From assembly GCA_002477545.1 (NCBI GenBank), contig DLQJ01000007.1, forward strand, positions 19,942 through 83,941: a DNA stretch of 64,000 nt, in the 5' to 3' direction. The stretch comes from Patescibacteria group bacterium UBA7435. GTDB lineage: Bacteria; Patescibacteriota; Minisyncoccia; Phycocordibacterales; UBA918. Position numbers and translations under genes: made by a program. The notes under the pieces were generated by a model. It searched no databases. It saw only the letters and a list, made by a program, of their open reading frames with translations, and was not told the DNA's origin. Below, one piece after another: positions 10,261-20,193 of the stretch. Position 1 is the stretch's first letter, and every line of letters begins with the position of its first letter.

Positions 10261-10326
10261 ACAGCTGTACAAGTAAAATGCGTATTTGTCTAGATATTGC
10301 TATAATTAGAAGGTTAATACGACGTT

Positions 10327-10863
10327 ATGGAGCTTTCAACACAAATTGAAGGGCTGTTGTTCTATAAAGCAGCACCTATTAAACTCACTACGCTGAAAAA
10401 GATTTTTAGTGTGTCTGATGGTGAATTGGAAACAGCAGTACAGAACATCAAGGAACGTCTACATGAAGGTGCTATACGTCTTGCTATCACTGAAACGGAA
10501 GTGCAATTAGTTACAGCCCCAGAACTAGATGAACTCATAGAGTCGGTACGCAAAGATGAACTCAAGCGTGACATTGGAAAAGCAGGTGCTGAAACATTGG
10601 CGATTGTTTTATACAAAGGACCAATTAGCCGAGTTGAGATTGATCGTATTCGCGGTGTTAATTCAGGATTTATTCTGCGAAACCTTATGGTGCGTGGATT
10701 AATCGAGCGGGGAACCCAAGGAAAGAGTCACACATTTGCTCTGACGCCCACATTACTATCTCACTTGGGCATCACGCACAAAACTGAACTTCCAAACTAC
10801 GCGACGGTACTTGATCAACTTGAAAGGTTTGAGCAAGAACAAATTGACGCTGAAAATATATAA
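10327..10863 (+). CDS. scpB: Segregation and condensation protein B
   Basis: 'IEGLLFYKAAP' ScpB N-terminal motif, tandem winged-helix size and context with scpA. Confidence 0.8.
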   Translation: MELSTQIEGLLFYKAAPIKLTTLKKIFSVSDGELETAVQNIKERLHEGAIRLAITETEVQLVTAPELDELIESVRKDELKRDIGKAGAETLAIVLYKGPISRVEIDRIRGVNSGFILRNLMVRGLIERGTQGKSHTFALTPTLLSHLGITHKTELPNYATVLDQLERFEQEQIDAENI

Positions 10864-10868
10864 TCATC

Positions 10869-11927
10869 ATGACTGACACACCTGAAACTGACACAACAGA
10901 AGAAATGATGGATCAAGTACAGACAGAGGAATTTATTATGCCCGAAGAAGACCCCATACTACGCGAGAAAATCCCTGTACTACAACAGCTAACACTTCTA
11001 GCTGCCATTTTACTTCTACTCTTAGGTGGCGCAATCACACCAAAAATCATTGCCTATTTCGCAGATGAAGCTGATGTAATTCCCGCTGCTCCAATTTTGA
11101 AGGAGAAGGTGGAGCCTTTAGAAGCACAAGGGAAAAGTATCAAACCTTTTTCTGAGGTAAGTATTGCTGCTGAAGCTGCGTATGTATGGGATGTTCGTGG
11201 ACAACGACCATTGTTCAAAAAGGACGAATCTGAACAATTACCACTTGCATCAGTTACAAAGCTCATGACTGCGCTAGTAGCCTACGAATTACTTGCTGAC
11301 ACTGAAAACGTGGCTGTAACTGAGCAAGCAATCAAACAATACGGAAATAGTGGTCTCCTGCAGGGAGAAACATTCAATCGGGCAACACTTTCAAATTTGG
11401 TGTTAATGTCTTCGTCAAACGATGGAGCCTATGCATTGGCGGCCGCCGCTGGAGAAGTACTGCAAAAAGACAACGGAGCAATTGCATTCGTGCACGCAAT
11501 GAACATCCGGGCGGAAGAACTTGGACTAGTTAGCACCTACTTCAAAAATCCTACAGGTCTTGATATAGATGAGTCAGAAAATGGTGGAAACGGTTCTGCA
11601 AAAGATATGGCATTTTTAATGGAGTACATTCTTGAGAATCAGCCGGAAATACTACAGTTTACAAAAGAACCAGATGCACGCGTCTATAGTGAGGATGGTA
11701 TTTATCATGATGCGGTGAACACTAATTACTACATTCATGAAATTCCAAATCTCTTGGGATCGAAAACAGGCTACACAGAATTAGCAGGAGGAAACCTCGT
11801 GGTTGCGTTCGACGCAGGACTGGACCGACCGATTATTATTAGTGTACTTGGATCTACCCGACAAGAACGGTTTACTGACGTGTTGAAGCTTGTAAAAGAA
11901 GCACAAGACTACGTAACTCAGCAATAA
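10869..11927 (+). CDS. D-alanyl-D-alanine carboxypeptidase (S11, PBP5-like) with N-terminal TM anchor
   Basis: SxxK 'SVTK', SxN 'SSND' and KTG 'KTGYT' motifs. Confidence 0.8.
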   Translation: MTDTPETDTTEEMMDQVQTEEFIMPEEDPILREKIPVLQQLTLLAAILLLLLGGAITPKIIAYFADEADVIPAAPILKEKVEPLEAQGKSIKPFSEVSIAAEAAYVWDVRGQRPLFKKDESEQLPLASVTKLMTALVAYELLADTENVAVTEQAIKQYGNSGLLQGETFNRATLSNLVLMSSSNDGAYALAAAAGEVLQKDNGAIAFVHAMNIRAEELGLVSTYFKNPTGLDIDESENGGNGSAKDMAFLMEYILENQPEILQFTKEPDARVYSEDGIYHDAVNTNYYIHEIPNLLGSKTGYTELAGGNLVVAFDAGLDRPIIISVLGSTRQERFTDVLKLVKEAQDYVTQQ

Positions 11928-11928
11928 T

Positions 11929-12987
11929 ATGGATATTTCAATCATTAAAATTCTCATCCCTGCAGTGCTTGCTTTTGTTATTGGTATTGGTATCACTCCA
12001 TTGATTACACACTATCTTTATAAATACAAAGTCTGGAAAAAGGAAGGTGGCAAGACTGCAATGAACGGGATGATAGCTACTGAATTCAACCGACTCAAAG
12101 GAGATGGCGAAACAAAAACACCTCGCATGGGAGGTATCGTTATCTGGGGGAGTGTTCTGCTTACTGTACTCTTACTTGCCGTTTTAGGTGAGATGTTTAA
12201 AAATTCGATCTTTGCAGAACTGGATTTCTTTAGTCGTTCTCAAACCTGGATACCAATCTCAACTATGATACTCGGTGCTGCGTTGGGATTTCTTAATGAC
12301 TTTTATGATGTCACTCACCGGCGTGACGGAGTATCAATCCGTGTGCGACTTTTATTGATCTCAATTCTTGCGGGTTCTATCGGTTGGTGGTTTTACGCAA
12401 AGCTAGGAGTAGATACTGTCGGTATCCCATTTGATGGAACATTATTCGTGGGATGGCTTATTATTCCTATTTTTATCATTCTTGCTAACGCACTCTATGC
12501 GAGCGGTGTGATTGATGGTATTGATGGTCTTTCAGGTGGAGTTTTTGCGTCAATTTTTATCTCATACGCTGGAGTTGCCGTTATCCAATCACAGTTAGAT
12601 ATCGCAGCATTGTGTGCGACCATCGCAGGGGGTATTCTTGCATTCTTATGGTTTAACATTCCTCCTGCGCGTTTCTGGATGACTGAAACAGGTAGTATGG
12701 CATTAACACTCACACTTGCGGTAATTGTCTTCATGACTGATAGTCTGGGAGATGGTAACGGTATTGCACTTCTGTTTATCATTGGTCTACCACTTGTTGC
12801 AACTGTTATTTCAAATATTGTTCAGGTCATCTATCGAAAGGTAACAGGAAAGAAGTTATTACGTATTGCACCATTACATCACCACTTTGAGGCCATTGGA
12901 TGGCCCTCATATAAGGTGACTATGCGGTATTGGATTATTAGTATTTTCTGCGCTATTTTCGGTATTATTATTGCTGCAATTGCATAA
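11929..12987 (+). CDS. mraY: Phospho-N-acetylmuramoyl-pentapeptide transferase
   Basis: 'TPRMGG', 'LNDFYDV' and 'DGIDGL' MraY motifs. Polytopic. Confidence 0.9.
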   Translation: MDISIIKILIPAVLAFVIGIGITPLITHYLYKYKVWKKEGGKTAMNGMIATEFNRLKGDGETKTPRMGGIVIWGSVLLTVLLLAVLGEMFKNSIFAELDFFSRSQTWIPISTMILGAALGFLNDFYDVTHRRDGVSIRVRLLLISILAGSIGWWFYAKLGVDTVGIPFDGTLFVGWLIIPIFIILANALYASGVIDGIDGLSGGVFASIFISYAGVAVIQSQLDIAALCATIAGGILAFLWFNIPPARFWMTETGSMALTLTLAVIVFMTDSLGDGNGIALLFIIGLPLVATVISNIVQVIYRKVTGKKLLRIAPLHHHFEAIGWPSYKVTMRYWIISIFCAIFGIIIAAIA

Positions 12988-12993
12988 CTTCCT

Positions 12994-14094
12994 ATGAATA
13001 AGAACGTAGATCGTACATTATTGGTTATTATCATCACGTTAGTAACGCTTGGCTTTTTCATATTCTCTTCAGCGTCACTTGGGCTTCTTGCACGAGAAGG
13101 GGCGCATTTTTCTTCTGTAGCATTTAGCCAAATTGTCTTTGGAATCATAGGAGGGGGAATCGGGATGTTCCTGACCAGTCAGATTTATTACCGTAATTGG
13201 CGACGTTTTGCCTTCTATATATTTCTCGGGACTTGCCTGCTCACCCTGGCGGTTTTCATCCCAGGCATAGGATTCGAACATGGAGGAGCACACCGTTGGC
13301 TCATTGTGGCTGGATTTTCATTTCAACCAGCTGAACTCTTGAAGATCGGATACATCATCTATATGGCCACTTGGTTATCTGGAACGCAAAAACAAGTAGC
13401 GACATTTAAAAACGGCGTACTACCGTTTCTTGGCATCACTATGGTAGTAGGGATTATTTTATTACTCCAACCAGACACTGATACCTTCTTACTCATGGGG
13501 ACCGCGGGATTGGCAATGTTTGTGACCGCTGGAGGTAGATGGCGTGACGTTGGACTCATGATGCTTTCAGGGGTAGTGCTACTTGCGCTACTTGCATTTA
13601 GTCGTCCATACATCATGGATCGAATCACCACATTCCTCGACCCCACAACCGACCCGCAAGGAAGTAGTTACCAAATTCAGCAGTCACTTATCTCTATTGG
13701 CTCAGGTGGGTTTGCAGGGCGTGGGTTTGGACAAAGTATCCAGAAATTTGAATACCTACCCGAGCCTATTGGAGACTCGATCTTTGCCGTCTTCTCTGAA
13801 GAATTTGGATTTATCGGAAGTGTCTTTCTTATTGGACTGCTTTCGTTCTTTACCTTTCGCGGATACAAGATTGCTTCACACGCAAGCGATCTCTTTGGGA
13901 TGTTACTTGTAGTGGGATTCATGACCTTAATTGTTATTCAGGCATTTTTAAACATAGGCGCCATGCTCTCGTTAGCGCCACTGATGGGATTGCCGTTGCC
14001 GTTTGTCAGTCACGGGGGGACAGCCCTGTTAACGACACTTATTGCAGTGGGAATTGTACTTAACGTATCCAAGTACCAAAAGAAAGGGTTATAG
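12994..14094 (+). CDS. ftsW: SEDS-family peptidoglycan glycosyltransferase FtsW/RodA
   Basis: 'PAELLKIGYIIY' and 'SDSIFAVFSEEFGFIGS' SEDS signatures. Confidence 0.85.
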   Translation: MNKNVDRTLLVIIITLVTLGFFIFSSASLGLLAREGAHFSSVAFSQIVFGIIGGGIGMFLTSQIYYRNWRRFAFYIFLGTCLLTLAVFIPGIGFEHGGAHRWLIVAGFSFQPAELLKIGYIIYMATWLSGTQKQVATFKNGVLPFLGITMVVGIILLLQPDTDTFLLMGTAGLAMFVTAGGRWRDVGLMMLSGVVLLALLAFSRPYIMDRITTFLDPTTDPQGSSYQIQQSLISIGSGGFAGRGFGQSIQKFEYLPEPIGDSIFAVFSEEFGFIGSVFLIGLLSFFTFRGYKIASHASDLFGMLLVVGFMTLIVIQAFLNIGAMLSLAPLMGLPLPFVSHGGTALLTTLIAVGIVLNVSKYQKKGL

Positions 14095-14125
14095 GGAGCG
14101 TGATACACTTATATTAATATATATT

Positions 14126-15250
14126 ATGAAGAAACGTATAGTTCTTGTAGGAGGAGGCAGTGGTGGGCATTTTTACCCAGTTATTGCTGTCGCAGAGCGT
14201 CTTAACGACTATAAGGCACAGGGTACCGACCTTGAGCTGTATTACATGGGCCCTGAACCATATAGTCAGGATGATCTTGATGCGAACAACATAACATTTG
14301 TTTCCATACCAACAGGGAAGCGTCGTAAATATTTTTCTGTATTAAATTTCTTTGATTTGTTTAAGGTATTCTTTGGTCTGTTCTTTGCGGTTTGGAAACT
14401 ATACAAAATCTATCCAGATGTTGTATTTAGTAAAGGAGGGTACACCAGTGTACCTGTTGTACTAGCTGCATGGTTTTTACGCATTCCAATTATGGTGCAC
14501 GAATCAGACACTAAGGCAGGAAGTGCCAATAAGTTAGGAGGGAAGTTTGCACGGTACATTGCCATTGCATTTGATGACGCTGCAAAAGATTTTCCTGTGA
14601 CAAAAACGGCACTTGTTGGCATCCCTATGCGAAAAGCCTTCCTTGACGAAGTACAAGACCCTATACAGCAACTGCAACTACCGACAGAAAAACCGCTAAT
14701 TTTTGTAACCGGTGGGTCTATTGGTGCACAGAAAATTAACTCATTGATCATGGAGTCATTGGATGATCTTTTACCAAACTATACAATTCTGCACCAAACT
14801 GGTGAAAAAAACGAAGAAACTGTTCGTTTGACATCCTCCCAGCTCATTACAGACACTTCACTGCTCGCACGATACTTTGTAAAAGGAAGCCTCAATGCAA
14901 CGGAAATGAATCTGGCTCAAAGCGCTGCGAGCATTATCGTTTCGCGGGCAGGCACGGGAACTATCTTTGAGATTGCTCACAAAGGAAAGCCTTCTATTGT
15001 AATTCCTATTCCAGAGGACGTCAGCCACGATCAGCGAACCAATGCATATGCCTATGCACGTAGTGGTGCTGCATCGGTACTTGAGGAAGCAAATCTTACT
15101 GACGGTTTGCTAACCTCTGAAATAACCCGTATTATGGGCGATCAAGAAACTTACAAAGCAATGAGTAGCGCTGCTAAAGCATTTGCTGGAGATGATGCCG
15201 CTGCAACTATTGCCAAGACTCTTATTGAGGTTACTGAAGAGCACGTCTAA
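14126..15250 (+). CDS. murG: Lipid II synthase MurG (UDP-GlcNAc transferase)
   Basis: 'GGGSGGHFYP' G-loop. The internal Met at 14126 was chosen as the start; the longer ORF from 14042 overlaps ftsW. Confidence 0.85.
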   Translation: MKKRIVLVGGGSGGHFYPVIAVAERLNDYKAQGTDLELYYMGPEPYSQDDLDANNITFVSIPTGKRRKYFSVLNFFDLFKVFFGLFFAVWKLYKIYPDVVFSKGGYTSVPVVLAAWFLRIPIMVHESDTKAGSANKLGGKFARYIAIAFDDAAKDFPVTKTALVGIPMRKAFLDEVQDPIQQLQLPTEKPLIFVTGGSIGAQKINSLIMESLDDLLPNYTILHQTGEKNEETVRLTSSQLITDTSLLARYFVKGSLNATEMNLAQSAASIIVSRAGTGTIFEIAHKGKPSIVIPIPEDVSHDQRTNAYAYARSGAASVLEEANLTDGLLTSEITRIMGDQETYKAMSSAAKAFAGDDAAATIAKTLIEVTEEHV

Positions 15251-15270
15251 TATTTTACTGAATCACCATT

Positions 15271-16713
15271 ATGAAAAAAATCGTCACCCGTTTCGCACCA
15301 TCACCAACAGGCTTTATGCACATTGGCGGGGTTCGTACTGCACTGTACTCATACCTCTATGCTCAGAAAATGGGAGGTGATTTTATTCTGCGCATTGAAG
15401 ATACTGATAAGTCACGAGAGGTTAAAGGCTCTATCGCACACATCCAAGAATCACTTACATGGTTAGGCATTGATTGGAAATACGGTCCAGACAAGCCAGG
15501 CCCTTTTGGTTCATGCCTACAATCAGATCGATTAGACATCTACAAGAAATACGCACAAACCTTGGTTGATAAAGGTCTTGCGTACCCTGATCCATACACC
15601 AATGAAGAACTTGAAGCATTTCGTGAACAAGCAAAAGCAGAGAAGCGGCCATTCCTCTACAGAGAACATCGGCCAGAAACATTTGGTGTATGGGACGGAA
15701 CTAAACCATTACGATTTAAGGTGTCTGAAGTAAAGCGATACCACTGGACTGACGCGGTGCGTGGCGAGCTTGAAGCTGGAGAAGAAATGCTTGACGATAT
15801 TATCATCATCAAAGCTGACGGATATCCTACTTATAACTTCGCACATATCGTGGACGATCATGAGATGGAAGTAACACATGTCATGCGCGGGGAAGAGTTC
15901 ATTGCAAGTACTCCAAAGTTTCTGAGTCTTTATGACGCACTTGAAATTCCATATCCCGTATTTGTAACTATGCCACCGATTATGGCTGCAGATGGTAAAA
16001 AGAAGCTTGGTAAACGTGATGGAGCAAAAGACTTACTTGAATACCGAACTGAAGGATACTTACCAGAAGCAATGGTTAACTTCTTGGCACTTATCGGTTG
16101 GAATCCAGGAACAGAGCAGGAAGTCTTTGGTGAAACTGAACTTATTGAGACATTCACTCTTGAAAAAATACAAAGATCCGGAGGAGCTTTCAATGAAGAA
16201 AAACTATTATGGATGAATAAAGAATACCTACAAAAACTCAGCACTGAAGATTTTGCAAAGTATGTGAAAGATGCACTTCCTGAAACAATTACGAGTCTAC
16301 CTCTGTTTACCGAGCAAACACTTTTGAAGCTCGCACCATCTATTCAAGAACGAGTACACAGTAAAGCTGAGATCACACAAGCCGCTGAGGAAGGGGAGTA
16401 TTCATGGGCATTTAGTACACCTAAGGTTGATCCAGCACTCGTACAATGGAAGAAAGATGAGTCACCTAAAGATGCACTCCCACGACTACAAAAAGCTCTA
16501 GAATTACTAACTGACGCCGATTTTAGCACTGCAGACACAATTAAGAGCGCAGTCTGGGACTATGCAGAAGAAGTAGGGAGAGGAGAACTCCTGTGGCCGT
16601 TACGCGTATCACTTACCGGACGAGAACGTTCACCAGATCCATTTACCTGCGCGTTTGTAGTAGGGAAGGAGGAAGCTCTGTTACGAATACAGTCAATTCT
16701 AAATTCTATTTAA
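15271..16713 (+). CDS. gltX: Glutamyl-tRNA synthetase
   Basis: 'RFAPSPTGFMHIGG' HIGH and 'KLGKRDG' (KMSKS-equivalent) motifs. Confidence 0.9.
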   Translation: MKKIVTRFAPSPTGFMHIGGVRTALYSYLYAQKMGGDFILRIEDTDKSREVKGSIAHIQESLTWLGIDWKYGPDKPGPFGSCLQSDRLDIYKKYAQTLVDKGLAYPDPYTNEELEAFREQAKAEKRPFLYREHRPETFGVWDGTKPLRFKVSEVKRYHWTDAVRGELEAGEEMLDDIIIIKADGYPTYNFAHIVDDHEMEVTHVMRGEEFIASTPKFLSLYDALEIPYPVFVTMPPIMAADGKKKLGKRDGAKDLLEYRTEGYLPEAMVNFLALIGWNPGTEQEVFGETELIETFTLEKIQRSGGAFNEEKLLWMNKEYLQKLSTEDFAKYVKDALPETITSLPLFTEQTLLKLAPSIQERVHSKAEITQAAEEGEYSWAFSTPKVDPALVQWKKDESPKDALPRLQKALELLTDADFSTADTIKSAVWDYAEEVGRGELLWPLRVSLTGRERSPDPFTCAFVVGKEEALLRIQSILNSI

Positions 16714-16783
16714 ATATTGACGAAATGTTATTTTCGTTATATAGTTGATTTAAAATCAAACAAGCAACACAGGAGGTTAGACC

Positions 16784-17395
16784 ATGCTTGAGCGAATTGG
16801 AAAGCTCTTTACAGAAAACAAAAATCGAGAAGCATTCTTCAAGATCGTTGGACGTCACTGGCCAATGGGAAGTGCAGAATATAGGCTCATAGAAAAAGCC
16901 TACGACGCAGCAAAAAATGCGTTCCGTCACACCAATCGTGAGGGAGGTGAGAGGTATTTTGAACACCTTCGTGGTGTGGCACTTATCATTCTGGAACACC
17001 TACGTTGTCGTGACCATGAAGTAATCATTGCTTCACTGCTTCACGACATTGTTGAAGATAGACCTGAATGGACTCATGAAAGAGTTTCGTTTGAATTTTC
17101 TCAGTCAATATCAGAATTGGTCTGGTGGGTTACAAAGCCTCCAGTATCTGATTACGATGATGACAAGGAAGCGAGAAATCGGGCATATCACAACAATCTA
17201 GGTCGTGCTCCACGCAAGGCACTGATCGTAAAATTAGCTGACCGCCTTCATAATCTTATGACACTTTGGGATTGTACTCCCGAAAAACGTCTGCGGAAAG
17301 TTCTTGAAACACAAGATTATTACCTTCACTTAGCTGAGAAGGAAATGCTTCTGATTCATGAAATTGAGGATGCGCTACGCAAGCTTCTTGCATAA
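16784..17395 (+). CDS. HD-domain (p)ppGpp hydrolase-like protein (RelA/SpoT HD domain only)
   Basis: 'HLRGVA' and 'LLHDIVEDRPEWT' HD motifs. No synthetase domain. Confidence 0.6.
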   Translation: MLERIGKLFTENKNREAFFKIVGRHWPMGSAEYRLIEKAYDAAKNAFRHTNREGGERYFEHLRGVALIILEHLRCRDHEVIIASLLHDIVEDRPEWTHERVSFEFSQSISELVWWVTKPPVSDYDDDKEARNRAYHNNLGRAPRKALIVKLADRLHNLMTLWDCTPEKRLRKVLETQDYYLHLAEKEMLLIHEIEDALRKLLA

Positions 17396-17397
17396 AC

Positions 17398-17426
17398 ACA
17401 AAACGGGCCCTTACGGCCCGTTTTTC
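17398..17426 (+). terminator. Rho-independent terminator
   Basis: 'cgggcccttacggcccg' stem followed by a T-run. Confidence 0.6.
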
Positions 17427-17428
17427 AT

Positions 17429-18751
17429 ATGGTAAAATATATACATATTCTTATGTGTACACGTACGATAGCTGTTTTTATTTTGGGTCTTTTAATAGCT
17501 CCGCTTTTGACTGTGGGTACGCATTTTGCGCAGGCACAAAGTGAGGTTCAAAAACTCCAAGGGCAAATTACTGAACGCAATGACCGACTGTCAGATATTG
17601 AAAAAGAAATTGCAGAGTACGAAGCTGCGCTTAATGAAGTTGGGGCTGAGAAAGACACACTGCAGCGAGCAATTAACCAGCTTAGTCTTGAACGCAAGAA
17701 AGTACTTGCCGACATCAGTTACACTGAAAATAAAATCTCTTCAACCGATCTCACCATCAACAAACTCACTCTTGAAATTGGTGTTGCAGAAAAAGATATT
17801 GCTCGTAACGAAGAATCCATTAAGGCAATCTTACGCAAATTTAATACGGCTGACAATGAATCATTCATTGAGGTATTCTTACGTCAAGAAAATATTTCAG
17901 CTTTTTGGAATGAATTTGAAGAACTTGAAACAGTAAAGGAAACAATGTTCCTTCAAATCGAGGATCTTAATGAATCAAAATCGATCCTTGAGCAAAAACG
18001 ATCACAAAGCACCTCTGAGCGAAGTAACTTGGTAGATCTTAAAGATCAGTACGACGACCAACAGAGTATCCTTGCTCATAACACGGCTAACAAATCAAAC
18101 CTGCTTTCAGCGACTAAGAATGAGGAAGCTAGTTATCAAACACTACTTGAACAAAAGAAAAACGCTCGCGATACACTCTTAGCTGAAGTTCGTGACATCG
18201 AATCACAGATTCAATTTATCCTAGACCCAAATACTATTCCAACTCCAGGAACTGCAGTATTTCGCTGGCCATTGGACAGTCCGTATATCACACAGTATTT
18301 CGGGTATACCAAATTCGCACAATCAGGAGCCTACGGGGGAAGCCAGCATAATGGTATGGATCTTGGTGCACCTATTGGCACAAAACTCTATGCGCCATTA
18401 ACAGGGACAGTACGAAACGTTGGGAACACTGATGCGGTACCTGGTTGTTATTCATGGGGACAATGGCTTTTGATTGATCATCCTAACGGTCTTTCTTCTA
18501 TGTTTGCTCATTTAAGTCAAATCTCAGTCTCACCAGGACAGAAGGTAAACACGGGAGATATTGTTGGGTATGTTGGGAGCACAGGATACTCAACAGGTCC
18601 TCACCTACACTACACGGTATATGTAACTGATGGAGTACAAGTAAAACAATTCAATCAGTTTAAGAAGGTGACAGGTTGTGGGGCAGCATTGTCACCGTTC
18701 GCTGCAATTGATGCGTACTTGGATCCGTTGGATTATTTGCCGACACTGTAA
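17429..18751 (+). CDS. M23/LytM peptidase with long N-terminal coiled coil (EnvC-like)
   Basis: 'HNGMDLGAPIGT' and 'GSTGYSTGPHLHY' M23 motifs. Confidence 0.8.
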   Translation: MVKYIHILMCTRTIAVFILGLLIAPLLTVGTHFAQAQSEVQKLQGQITERNDRLSDIEKEIAEYEAALNEVGAEKDTLQRAINQLSLERKKVLADISYTENKISSTDLTINKLTLEIGVAEKDIARNEESIKAILRKFNTADNESFIEVFLRQENISAFWNEFEELETVKETMFLQIEDLNESKSILEQKRSQSTSERSNLVDLKDQYDDQQSILAHNTANKSNLLSATKNEEASYQTLLEQKKNARDTLLAEVRDIESQIQFILDPNTIPTPGTAVFRWPLDSPYITQYFGYTKFAQSGAYGGSQHNGMDLGAPIGTKLYAPLTGTVRNVGNTDAVPGCYSWGQWLLIDHPNGLSSMFAHLSQISVSPGQKVNTGDIVGYVGSTGYSTGPHLHYTVYVTDGVQVKQFNQFKKVTGCGAALSPFAAIDAYLDPLDYLPTL

Positions 18752-18782
18752 CAATGGGCACGCCCCTTGCGTACTACTATAT

Positions 18783-20183
18783 ATGAATGAATCACAAGCA
18801 ACACAAATAGTAATACTTGGAGGAAGCGGGGATCTGGCAAAGCGGAAACTTATTCCAGCACTGCTTGATCTCTATGTGCACAGAAAACTCCCTGACGTTT
18901 TTTCTGTTATCGGGTTAGCTCGAACACCTCGAAGCGACGAAGAGTACCGACAATTTGTAAACGACTCCCTTACAGCCCATGAACATGGCCATAGTCAAGA
19001 AGATATTTCTGCATTTTGTTCACGTGTATCATACATCTCTGGATCTTTTGACGACCCACAAAGTTACCAGACACTTAAAACTTCTTTAGATTCATTTTCT
19101 GATTCACAAAATGTCTGTACTAACAGGCTTTTTTATCTTGCGGTACCACCACAATATTACGAAACTATTTTTGAATATATTCACCAAACTGGGCTCGCGG
19201 AAAATTGCTCTGATGGGGAAGGGTGGGCACGTATTTTAGTTGAAAAACCATTTGGTCACGACCTTGAAACTGCACAAAAACTCGATCAAAAACTAAGCTC
19301 TTTGTTTACAGAAGATCAGATCTTTCGTATTGACCACTATCTTGCGAAGGAAGCGGTACAAAACATACTTTCATTTCGTTTTGCCAACACACTCTTACGA
19401 TCACCTTGGAACAAGGAACACGTGAAAGAAGTACGGATCACCATGCATGAAGATATCGATGTCCAAGACAGAGGAAATTTTTATGACGGTATCGGCGCGT
19501 TGCGCGACGTGGGGCAAAATCATCTACTGCAATTACTTGCTCTAATAACTATGGACGAACCTCAGGAGTTTACCGCAAAAAATATTAGAAAAAATCGAGC
19601 AGAAATTCTTAGTGCACTTATTCCCTTTACAGACCAAACAATACAAACACAACTACAACGTGCTCAGTACGAAGGATATACCAATACTACAGGTGTCGAT
19701 GAAAACTCAACGACCGAAACATTCTTTGCGCTTACCGCATATCTAGACACTGAAACTTGGCAAGGAGTACCGTTCCACATAGAAGCAGGGAAGGGGATGG
19801 CAGAAAAGAAAGTTTCTATTGAAATAGTATTTAATGATGTTGCATCAGGTTTGTTTGAAACTGACAGCTGTCACACCATACAAAACAAAGTCGTACTACA
19901 AATTTCTCCCGAGCAGAGTATGCATATTACACTCAATGCAAAAATGCCTGGGACAGGATACCAAATGGAATCACGCACACTTTCATTTGACTGCGATAAA
20001 TCAACACTAGAAATCAGTGCCTACGAAAAAGTCTTACTTGACTGCATTTCAGGTGACCAAACACTCTTTACACAGACCGAAGAAGTACTTGCATCTTGGA
20101 AATTCATAACTTCAATTCTTGAACGTTGGGGAGATCAAGAACTGCATATATATCCAAAGGGAAGTAAGACTCCTGTACAATAA
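18783..20183 (+). CDS. zwf: Glucose-6-phosphate dehydrogenase
   Basis: 'ILGGSGDLAKRKL', 'EKPFGHDL' and 'RIDHYLAKE'. The start was set at MNESQ because the longer ORF overlaps the upstream gene. Confidence 0.9.
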   Translation: MNESQATQIVILGGSGDLAKRKLIPALLDLYVHRKLPDVFSVIGLARTPRSDEEYRQFVNDSLTAHEHGHSQEDISAFCSRVSYISGSFDDPQSYQTLKTSLDSFSDSQNVCTNRLFYLAVPPQYYETIFEYIHQTGLAENCSDGEGWARILVEKPFGHDLETAQKLDQKLSSLFTEDQIFRIDHYLAKEAVQNILSFRFANTLLRSPWNKEHVKEVRITMHEDIDVQDRGNFYDGIGALRDVGQNHLLQLLALITMDEPQEFTAKNIRKNRAEILSALIPFTDQTIQTQLQRAQYEGYTNTTGVDENSTTETFFALTAYLDTETWQGVPFHIEAGKGMAEKKVSIEIVFNDVASGLFETDSCHTIQNKVVLQISPEQSMHITLNAKMPGTGYQMESRTLSFDCDKSTLEISAYEKVLLDCISGDQTLFTQTEEVLASWKFITSILERWGDQELHIYPKGSKTPVQ

Positions 20184-20193
20184 GATTATATTT

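Noticed and set aside
14042-14125. Longer murG ORF starting at 14042
   Set aside because: It overlaps the ftsW 3' end by 53 nt, and its N-terminal extension is non-homologous. The Met at 14126 is followed by the canonical GGGSGGH motif.
18678-18782. Longer zwf ORF starting at 18678
   Set aside because: It overlaps the M23 peptidase gene. The Rossmann motif starts right after the Met at 18783.
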